Origin: Gemmatimonadales bacterium
GTDB lineage: Bacteria > Gemmatimonadota > Gemmatimonadetes > Gemmatimonadales > GWC2-71-9
NCBI GenBank assembly: GCA_037189525.1
Contig: JBBCJC010000002.1
Span: 1-64,000, forward strand
Length of the DNA: 64,000 bases
Direction: 5' to 3'
Shown here: piece after piece, positions 1 to 7,353 of the stretch
How the letters are laid out: every line of letters begins with the position of its first letter
How positions within the stretch are numbered: the stretch's first letter is position 1
Notes under the pieces: model-generated
Told to the model about the DNA's origin: nothing
Databases searched by the model: none
The model's input: only the letters and a program-made list of their open reading frames with translations
Made by a program: the position numbers and the translations under genes

Positions 1-183
1 TCGGTACCTCCAAGTGGGAATCGGAGTTCCGTCTGGTCCAAATATCTGCACTTGGCCGTCGCTAAGCATCGCTGCGACTGCAGCCCGGCAGTGGCCTAGC
101 TCAGAAAAGAGTCCCGCGATCACGTTCAAGGGCAGATCGCCACCGCATAGTTGATCAAGTACTTCGAGCTCTGGCGATGTCAT
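1..183 (-). CDS. Cassette 4 hypothetical protein, partial (MTSPELEVLDQLCGGDLPLNVIAGLF...)
   Basis: ATG at 183 just after the R' site at 194-200; frame open to the window edge (manual translation, 61 codons). Confidence 0.75.
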   Translation of the reverse strand, partial: MTSPELEVLDQLCGGDLPLNVIAGLFSELGHCRAAVAAMLSDGQVQIFGPDGTPIPTWRYR

Positions 184-193
184 GTATGTTGCC

Positions 194-330
194 GTCTAAC
201 GACTTTGGGTTTCAGCGGCGGCCGCTCTAGGAACTGAGCGGCCGCGCCAGCCTCCAATCAACATGGGGGCGCGGCCGCGACTTCGGAAGCGGACCCCCGC
301 CCGGCCGCCCGCTGCAAACCCTTGTTAGGC
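194..330 (-). repeat. attC site (137 bp)
   Basis: On - strand: R'' GCCTAAC, L'' TTTGCAGC ... L' GCTGAAA, R' GTTAGAC; imperfect palindrome; overlaps the TAA of the upstream cassette gene. Confidence 0.92.
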
Positions 331-852
331 GGGCCCGCCGGAAGGCGGGTCATCGAGACCAATCTCGCGATCGAGGCGGCCGCTCCACGAACGAATACGG
401 CTACGCCCGAGGGAGTGCGGACTCGTAAGCTCTTCCACAAGGGCCTCATCTTCGTGCAGATCGAGAACCGTGGGGGTACCGTCGGCAATGCCGCCGACAT
501 CCGCACAGAGCACGAATCGATCGGCAAAGATTCCGGCAATCAGGTCGAGCAAGGCAGCAGACGCGGCTGCCTTCTCAAGGCCGGCCCCCCAAACGCTCTC
601 ATGGGTATGCCAAGCCCCAAACGCCACGCTCGGCTCATCGCTCTCGTCGATCCAGACAGTGAGCTCACTCCGCGGATCTCCACTGAACGCCGGCACCCGC
701 ACGACGAGGCGCCATGGCTCTCCTTCCCCGTGGCACGCCATAGTGGCCTGTCGTCGGAGCTCGGGAAACCGGGTAAAGAGCGCGACTCCGAAGCGTCGCG
801 ACACCGTCGTGACTCGCGCTTCATCATACGGCTCGATCTCACGAGAGTGCAT
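325..852 (-). CDS. Cassette 3 hypothetical protein (175 aa)
   Basis: ORF fills the cassette; ATG 6 nt after R', stop codon inside R'' (GCCTAAC). Confidence 0.85.
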   Translation of the reverse strand: MHSREIEPYDEARVTTVSRRFGVALFTRFPELRRQATMACHGEGEPWRLVVRVPAFSGDPRSELTVWIDESDEPSVAFGAWHTHESVWGAGLEKAAASAALLDLIAGIFADRFVLCADVGGIADGTPTVLDLHEDEALVEELTSPHSLGRSRIRSWSGRLDREIGLDDPPSGGPA

Positions 853-858
853 TGCCCC

Positions 859-999
859 GCCTAACGACTTTGGTGTTCAGCGGCAGGCGCCGCTTACGGA
901 GCCGAGCGGCCGCGCCATCCTCCAATCAACATGGGGGCGCGGCCGCGACTCGGCAAACCGAAACCCCGCGCGCCTGCCCGCTGCAACACCTTGTTAGAC
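859..999 (-). repeat. attC site (141 bp)
   Basis: R'' GTCTAAC, L'' GTTGCAGC, L' GCTGAAC, R' GTTAGGC; two extrahelical bases in the stem. Confidence 0.93.
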
Positions 1000-1131
1000 G
1001 GCCATGGGCGTCGGAACTCATTTGCCATCTCACTACGAAAACCCCACCCGATGGCTCGCCTCTGTTGTTATCCTAATGAAGGAAGAGGTTCAGGACGAGG
1101 GGCCTGACGTGAAGCGAACGGAAGCCAAGAC

Positions 1132-1470
1132 CTAAAACTCCATCACCTTGCTAGTATGGATCTCAACGACTCCAAGCTTAGAAAGCTCCAGCCCCACGAC
1201 ACCTTTGTCCAGTCGAAGAATCGCGACGACTTCGTCTACGGCGGCGCCTGAGACCTCAGGCGGGAGCTGGCGCCGGAAGAAGACCACGACGTCATCAAAG
1301 GTCCGGATCGCAGAGAACCGGAGCCGGCGTACGGAGTCGTCTCCTTCATTCCATACAGGATCGAGGCGGATATGAATGACGACCTCGTGGCGCGGCCCAA
1401 TGTCGACCTGCAGGACAGCGCCGTCGTGATATTCATACGACAAAGGTAGACGGGGAGGTTGTTTCGTCAT
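1132..1470 (-). CDS. Cassette 2 hypothetical protein (112 aa), weakly Imm50/immunity-like
   Basis: ORF starts 16 nt after R'; N-terminal YHDGAVLQVDI resembles the FHDA-type motif of Imm50-like proteins (by eye). Confidence 0.75.
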   Translation of the reverse strand: MTKQPPRLPLSYEYHDGAVLQVDIGPRHEVVIHIRLDPVWNEGDDSVRRLRFSAIRTFDDVVVFFRRQLPPEVSGAAVDEVVAILRLDKGVVGLELSKLGVVEIHTSKVMEF

Positions 1471-1486
1471 CGAGATCCAAGTGGCC

Positions 1487-1627
1487 GTCTAACGACTTTG
1501 GTGTTCAGCGGCAGGCGCACTCACGGAGCCGAGCGGCCGCGCCATCCTTCCAACCAACATGGGGGCGCGGCCGCGACTCTGCAAATCGGAGCCCCGCGCG
1601 CCTGCCCGCTGCAACACCTTGTTAGAC
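1487..1627 (-). repeat. attC site (141 bp)
   Basis: R'' GTCTAAC ... R' GTTAGAC; closely similar to the 859-999 copy. Confidence 0.93.
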
Positions 1628-1634
1628 AGCCCTT

Positions 1635-2276
1635 TCACGACAATTCATCTAGGGGCTGTTTAGCCAAGCGCGGTATCGTCGTTTCTACCAACGTTGTAAC
1701 CTGTTCCTTGATCATAGCTAACTCGGATCGCGCAGCATCCCGCGTACAGCCATGCTTCGGCTCTATCAAGCAGTACGGGCACGTACTGGGAACCATCGTG
1801 CAGTTGGATAACTGGCGTTCAAGAGACTCAGCTACATCGTTGAAGAGCGCGGCAAACGCAATCGGCCCCTCCTGGGAAATCCGGGCTAGATCATCCTCAA
1901 CCGGCTCGTCCGGTGGTACAAGGATTGTGTAGTCGTATCTATTGCGAAGACCGCGCATAGTGTCGCGGAAGAACCTTCGAGCTTTCTTTGTTGTTTGTGC
2001 CCACACCTTCTCGTGGAAGCCAGATGCCGCAGGGAGGAGTCCATCAAGATCCTTCATTCGGGCAAGCGTGAGCCCCGAGTAGTACAGCGCGCGGATCCCT
2101 TGCCCCCACATGTCACGAGCTTGGGCAAAGAGCAGAGTCGCAACCTGAGTAAACTCTGAGGTTCGCTGGAGGTATAGCAGCGCCGGACTACGGTGCGGAG
2201 AAACGATGGTGACATCGTCACCACACCCAAGCAGGAGCAGGGTGAAGCTTAGAAACAGGTACTTAAGCACTATCAT
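1635..2276 (-). CDS. Cassette 1 protein (213 aa), HEPN-like, with N-terminal lipobox and Cys-rich C-terminus
   Basis: ATG at 2276 is the first start inside the cassette; motifs IRALYYSG, FHEKVW, LRNRYDY; N-terminus MIVLKYLFLSFTLLLLGC; CxxxxxxCPYC...C. Confidence 0.7.
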   Translation of the reverse strand: MIVLKYLFLSFTLLLLGCGDDVTIVSPHRSPALLYLQRTSEFTQVATLLFAQARDMWGQGIRALYYSGLTLARMKDLDGLLPAASGFHEKVWAQTTKKARRFFRDTMRGLRNRYDYTILVPPDEPVEDDLARISQEGPIAFAALFNDVAESLERQLSNCTMVPSTCPYCLIEPKHGCTRDAARSELAMIKEQVTTLVETTIPRLAKQPLDELS

Positions 2277-2290
2277 GTATGACCGGGGCT

Positions 2291-2350
2291 GTCTAACTAG
2301 TGTATGGACCTGCAAGGCCCGCCGCAGATCTCCCAAACAAAGTACCGCCC
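2291..2350 (-). other. attI site (crossover G|TTAGAC at 2297/2296); upstream boundary approximate
   Basis: GTTAGACAGCCC is the exact complement of cassette 1's R'' flank (1621-1632), but no attC body lies upstream, so this is the array entry point. Confidence 0.82.
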
Positions 2351-2367
2351 GCCGTATAATCCGGAAA
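2339..2367 (-). promoter_or_regulatory. Candidate cassette promoter Pc
   Basis: TTTCCG-17 nt-TACTTT on the - strand between the intI stop and attI; weak consensus match. Confidence 0.35.
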
Positions 2368-2375
2368 GACGGCGC

Positions 2376-3343
2376 TCAACCCTCCCCCAGTAGGTCCGCC
2401 GGGCTTCGCACACCCAGGCCACCACGGTTCAGTACATGAGTGTAGATCATCGTCGTCGAGACATCCCGGTGGCCGAGCAGTTCCTGCACCGTCCGAATGT
2501 CCGAACCACTCTCCAGCAAATGGGTCGCGAAACTATGCCGGAGGCTGTGACACGTCACCCGCTTCGGCAGGCCGATCCGCCGTGCCGCCACCGACACGGC
2601 CCGCTGCACGACCGTCGGATCCATGTGATGCCGGTACGGCACCCCGTTCGGCCCGCGCATACGCGCCAAGCGACCCGCCGGGAAAACCCATTGCCAAGCC
2701 CAAGCGCTTGCCGCGGAGCCGAACTTTCGATCGAGGGCCCCCGGCAACGCCACTCGCCCACCACCCAGATGCAGGTCGCGCTGATGAAGCTCGCGCACCG
2801 TCTCCAGATGGGCCGCCAATCGGGGCCGAATGGTCGCGGACAGCACCGTCACCCGATCCTTCCCACCCTTCCCTCGGCGCAGGCGGACCTCGAGGCGCTC
2901 GAGATCGAGATCCGCAAGGTGAGCGCCTCCATCAGCCGCAACCCGCTGCCATAGAGAATCCACGCCACCAATGATGCCGGCCCGCTGATCACCCGCAACA
3001 CAGCGGCAACTTCCCGACGCGTCAGGACCACCGGCAGTCGCACCGGTCGCCGACCGACCGGCGGAACGGCCGGAAGGTCGATCTCGAGGACCTCACGATA
3101 CAGGAAGAGCAAGGCCGCCCGAGCCTGGGCCACCGAGGCCCCCGCCAGCCGACCCGGCCCCGCCAGATCCGTCAGGAACGCCTGGACCTCGACGATGCCA
3201 AGCTCCCGCGGGTGCCGGTTGCCCGAGAAACGGACGTAGCGTCGGATCCAGGCGACATACGCAGCCTCGGTACGAGGTGAACTTTGCCGTAGTCGCAAGT
3301 TATTGCGGACGGCTTGCAGTAGTTTGGGCTTAGGCGGCGGCAT
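2376..3343 (-). pseudogene. intI: Integron integrase, frameshifted near 2909-2913
   Basis: N-part: [21 protein letters not shown]-part: GKGGKDR, IntI-specific patch [37 protein letters not shown]. The two parts are in different frames. Confidence 0.9.
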
Positions 3344-3765
3344 GCGAGGGCGGCTCAAGGCAGAAGGCCCGAACAGCATATCACCGGAACCACCGAACAA
3401 CATCACCCATTCTACGCAAAACTGCCGTGTTCTCCGCGGCCCGCATCAGTCCGTTCGCTGCACATCCTGCTCGAAGTGAACCAGGCCCAGGCTGCGCTCC
3501 TTCGCGAGAAGGCCAACCTGGTCGTGGCGCGTCCGCAACTTCGGGCGCAGCGGTAAGCGAGGAAGAAACGGCGCCCATCGCGGCCGACCATGGCGAGGGC
3601 AAGATCCCCTCGACCCGCCCAGAACATTCGCCCCCCAAAGCAGCCGGCTCCCGCCGATATACCAGTCAGATACCAAGGACCAAATCGCCCGAAACAAGCC
3701 AATCCCGCCTCCGATACCGCCCGCCCCCTTTATTTTCCGGGATCCCCTCCGCCGAGGCACCTGCC

Positions 3766-4581
3766 ATGCCAGCCAATCGATCCGGTCTCGCCTCCCACTT
3801 CGCCATCGGCCTGGTCGCCCTCGCCGCTGGCGCCGGACTGACCTGGATGGTGACGAACAAGAAGACCGCCCCCCGACTCGATCAGGTCACCACCCACGGT
3901 GAATGGGTCTGGGCCAGAAAACCGACCGGCGACTCGGTCCGAGCCTACGTGGCCTACCCCGAACGCAACGACCCGACCCCCGCCATGATCGTGATCCACG
4001 AGATCTTTGGCCTGACCGATTGGGAACCGACCGTCGGCGACCGACTGGCAGCCAAAGGCTACATCGCCATCGTTCCCGATATGCTGTCCTCCCGGTTCGG
4101 TATCTCCCCGGCAAGCGGAGACTCGGGCCGGAAACTGATGGCCCAACTGACACCGGACGGCATTACCGCCGACCTCGACGCCGCGTTCGAATACGTGAAC
4201 GCGCTGCCCAGCGTGAAGAAGGACCACATCGGAGCAATCGGGTTCTGCTGGGGCGGCGGACAGACCTTCCGCTATGCCACCCACAATCCGAAGCTGAAGG
4301 CAGGCGTGGTCTGCTACGGCCCCGCTCCCGACACCCTCGCCATGCCGAAGATCCAGGCCGCCATCCTGGGCGTCTATGGCGAGAACGATCACCGCATCAA
4401 CAGCATGCTCCCAACCGTCGAACGGGTCATGCAACAGCTCGGCAAGCCGTTTACCGCGGATAGCTATCCCGGCACCGGCCACGGGTTCCTCAAGCCCGGA
4501 CGCCGCGGCTTCGACACCGATCAGCCCGACAAAGCCTGGGCGACGATCGAAACGTTCCTCAAGACGAACCTGGATCGCTGA
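3766..4581 (+). CDS. Dienelactone hydrolase family protein
   Basis: VIHEIFG, GFCWGG nucleophile motif, HGF; ATG 3766 after GAGG. Confidence 0.88.
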   Translation: MPANRSGLASHFAIGLVALAAGAGLTWMVTNKKTAPRLDQVTTHGEWVWARKPTGDSVRAYVAYPERNDPTPAMIVIHEIFGLTDWEPTVGDRLAAKGYIAIVPDMLSSRFGISPASGDSGRKLMAQLTPDGITADLDAAFEYVNALPSVKKDHIGAIGFCWGGGQTFRYATHNPKLKAGVVCYGPAPDTLAMPKIQAAILGVYGENDHRINSMLPTVERVMQQLGKPFTADSYPGTGHGFLKPGRRGFDTDQPDKAWATIETFLKTNLDR

Positions 4582-6236
4582 TGACCTTCAGATGGCCGGG
4601 CCTGACCAGCGCCCTGATCCTCGCACTCGGCGCAACAACATCTCTTGCTGCGCAAGATCCGCTCGCGGCCCGCTACGACCGCGAGCGGATCGCGCACGAC
4701 GCACGCCACTACGAGATCCAGGTCCGCCTGGCCGACTCGGGCAGCGTGTTCAATGCATCGGTCACCACCCACTGGCGACTGACCGATCGCTCGCCGATCC
4801 GCATCAACCTCGACTCGGCCTACCGGATCACGGCCCTGACCATCGACGGCCAGCCCGCCCGCTACCGGCGCGCCGAACCGGACCTGCTGCTGCTCGATCT
4901 TCCGGCCAACACCAACGACTCGGCCACCACGCGCATCGAATACCATGGCGCGCCGCCCAAGTTCCTCCGCCCTGGACGCAACCAAGGGCAGGACGACGGC
5001 CTGGTCCAACGCGGACACGGCGCCAACCGAAAGATCTTTGCCGATAACTGGCCCGATCGCGCCCGGCGCTGGCTCGCTGCGCAGGACCACCCCAGCGACA
5101 AGGCCACGGCCGGCTGGACGATCGAAGCGCCTAACGGCCTGACCGTGGTGGCCAATGGCACGCTCCAACGCACCGAGCCGGCCGGCCCGGGCCTGACCCG
5201 CTGGCGCTTCACGATCGACCAGCCGATTCCGGTCTACACCATGGTGCTGGGTGCTGCGCGGCTGGCAAAGACCGCCTTGCCTCCAGCGGCCTGCGCCGCC
5301 CGCTGCATCCCGGTATCGATCTATACCTATCCCGAAGACTCGGCCTTTGCCGTAACCGGTCCGTTCCGCCAAGCGCCGGAGATGATCGACTTCTTCAGCC
5401 GGATCTTCGGACCCTACCCGTACGGCGAACTCCGCCACGTTCAGAGCTCGACCATCTTCGGCGGCATGGAGAACTCGACGGTCATCTTCTACGACGAAGG
5501 CGCCTACAGCAGCCGCCGCATGACCGACGGCCTCGTCGCTCACGAAACGGCCCACCAGTGGTTCGGCAACTCGGCCACCGAAGCCGACTGGCACCATCTC
5601 TGGCTCTCGGAAGGGTTCGCAACCTACGCCGCCGCCCTCTGGGCCGGACACACCCGGGGCGACTCCGCGCTGCACAATACTATGATCAACAACCGCGAAG
5701 CGGTCCTCCGATCCGGAGCAAGCGATCGCCCGATCATCGACCCCGACGCCACCGATCTGCTGGGCCTACTCAACACCAATAACTACCCCAAGGGCGCCTG
5801 GGTGCTCCACACGCTGCGCAGCCTGGTGGGAGACTCGACCTTCTTCCGCGGTGTGCGACGGTACTACAGCACCTATATCCACAGCACGGCCCTGTCATCG
5901 GATTTTGCCCGGATCATGACAGAGGAATCCGGTCAGGATCTGACCTGGTACTTCACCCAGGCGCTGACCCAGCCGGGATTCCCCGTGTTCACCGTCACGA
6001 CAGCGCTGAACAACGGTACGCTGACGATCACTCTGACCCAAACCCAGAAAGCAGCCTGGGGCCTCTTCCGCCTTCCGAACCTCGACGTCCAGCTCGGCGG
6101 ACCTGGCGGCCGGCGGCTCCAGGCCAACATCACCGGACGCACCACCACGCTTCGCACCAACTGGACCGGCTCGACCGCACCGGCCGTTACCCTCGATCCC
6201 GACGGCCGCTGGCTGCTCGACACCGGAACACCATGA
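4581..6236 (+). CDS. M1 family aminopeptidase, secreted
   Basis: GGMEN, HETAHQWFGN...WLSEGFA, YPKG; signal peptide. Confidence 0.92.
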   Translation: MTFRWPGLTSALILALGATTSLAAQDPLAARYDRERIAHDARHYEIQVRLADSGSVFNASVTTHWRLTDRSPIRINLDSAYRITALTIDGQPARYRRAEPDLLLLDLPANTNDSATTRIEYHGAPPKFLRPGRNQGQDDGLVQRGHGANRKIFADNWPDRARRWLAAQDHPSDKATAGWTIEAPNGLTVVANGTLQRTEPAGPGLTRWRFTIDQPIPVYTMVLGAARLAKTALPPAACAARCIPVSIYTYPEDSAFAVTGPFRQAPEMIDFFSRIFGPYPYGELRHVQSSTIFGGMENSTVIFYDEGAYSSRRMTDGLVAHETAHQWFGNSATEADWHHLWLSEGFATYAAALWAGHTRGDSALHNTMINNREAVLRSGASDRPIIDPDATDLLGLLNTNNYPKGAWVLHTLRSLVGDSTFFRGVRRYYSTYIHSTALSSDFARIMTEESGQDLTWYFTQALTQPGFPVFTVTTALNNGTLTITLTQTQKAAWGLFRLPNLDVQLGGPGGRRLQANITGRTTTLRTNWTGSTAPAVTLDPDGRWLLDTGTP

Positions 6237-6994
6237 CCCGTTTTCTGCTCGTTGCTGCACTCGCCGCAGCCGGTTGCATCACTCCGATCAGCAGCAAGAT
6301 CGAAGTCGGAGATGAACCCTTTGCCCTGGTGGTCGGCGAAGGCAAGGACGGCTCGACCGACCTGTTTGCCGTCCCCGCAGCTGGCGGCACGTTCCAGCAG
6401 CTCACCTTTACGCGCGTAGCGGAAGGCCTGCCACGGGTTGCCCCGGCAGCCAACCTGATGGCGTTCACGCGACTGCGGGATTCCCTGACCAGCGAAGTCG
6501 TCGTGATGCACCTGCGACTCGGCACCGAACAGCGCGGTAGCCTGGACCACGACGCCGGCGCCATCGAAGCACTGGGCTGGTCCGCCGGCGGCGACTCCGT
6601 CATCGTGCGCACCGATCGCGGCGTTTGGTCGGCAGCCGTCGGCGCCAAGCTCACGTTCCACGCCGCCGGCTCCGACGACCGCGCTCGTCTCGACTCTCTG
6701 ACCTATGAATGGGTCGGCGACGATCGATTCGGCACCATTCAGTCCTGCCAGAAGGGCGACCAACCCCTCCAGCCCTGCGTCATCACCGCACGCGGCGACT
6801 CGACACTCCTCGGCACCGACATCACCTCACCGATCCGCTGGGGCCACGACGCGATGGCGTACTTCCGCGGCAATATCTTCGAAGTACGCCCCCTGGCCGG
6901 CGGCCACGCCCGCAGACCGACCTGGGTTTCTCCACCAGGCAACCCTCGGCAGCCGACCCACCACCCCGGCGCCGCTCAACGCAGCATCCGGTAA
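6233..6994 (+). CDS. Putative lipoprotein, TolB-like
   Basis: Lipobox AAGC; DLFAV...QQLT repeat-like segment; ATGA overlap with the upstream gene. Confidence 0.7.
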   Translation: MTRFLLVAALAAAGCITPISSKIEVGDEPFALVVGEGKDGSTDLFAVPAAGGTFQQLTFTRVAEGLPRVAPAANLMAFTRLRDSLTSEVVVMHLRLGTEQRGSLDHDAGAIEALGWSAGGDSVIVRTDRGVWSAAVGAKLTFHAAGSDDRARLDSLTYEWVGDDRFGTIQSCQKGDQPLQPCVITARGDSTLLGTDITSPIRWGHDAMAYFRGNIFEVRPLAGGHARRPTWVSPPGNPRQPTHHPGAAQRSIR

Positions 6995-7076
6995 TTTTCC
7001 GACGCCGCAACGTCGAACGGTGTCCAACTACGCCTGACGATCGATATTGGAAATGGCACCCTGGAACCATGACGGG

Positions 7077-7199
7077 GTGAAGATTCGACATATTTTTCGG
7101 GCGATCGGCGTCATCGTCGCCCTTGCGGCTGCACCGGCTGCTGCGCAGAAAGCCCGCGCGACCTACGCTCCCATCGATCGGGGCTCCCGGCCGGCCTGA
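7077..7199 (+). CDS. Small ORF (40 aa), mostly signal peptide
   Basis: GTG start; MKIRHIFRAIGVIVALAAAPAAA|QKARATYAPIDRGSRPA*. Confidence 0.4.
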   Translation: MKIRHIFRAIGVIVALAAAPAAAQKARATYAPIDRGSRPA

Positions 7200-7353
7200 T
7201 CGACGCCGTCGAGATCCCGTTCGAACCCCAATTGCCTCATCAGGTCTTTACCCGAAAATGACCCCGCCCCGAAAACCCGGATCCCCCGCCACTGGAGGTA
7301 AAACGGCGTTATTTTAGGGGGTTGGGACTCACTTAAATTCGGGGTTTGTTCGG

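Larger units (their letters stand above)
1..3343 (-). mobile_element. Chromosomal integron with inverted (co-oriented) integrase; cassette array truncated by the window edge
   Basis: IntI-type tyrosine recombinase, attI crossover at 2297/2296, three attC repeats, one main ORF per cassette on the - strand, cassette DNA visibly more AT-rich than the flanks. Confidence 0.93.

Noticed and set aside
194..1627. Repeats as a CRISPR array or MITE/REP elements
   Set aside because: Units are ~140 bp, separated by whole genes, and carry R/L boxes next to an IntI; they are attC sites.
2277..2336. ORF-track 20-aa N-terminal extension of cassette 1 across attI (possible attI leader peptide)
   Set aside because: The TTG start has no SD, lies outside the cassette and overlaps the candidate Pc start region; ATG 2276 is preferred.
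2900..2920. Programmed -1 frameshift in intI
   Set aside because: No slippery heptamer, and conserved residues (KD) are missing, which fits a deletion better.
3427..3765. Long N-terminal extension of the dienelactone hydrolase, or a gene remnant near 3455-3556
   Set aside because: The extension is low-complexity and the SD supports ATG 3766; the short coding-like stretch has no start or recognisable motif.
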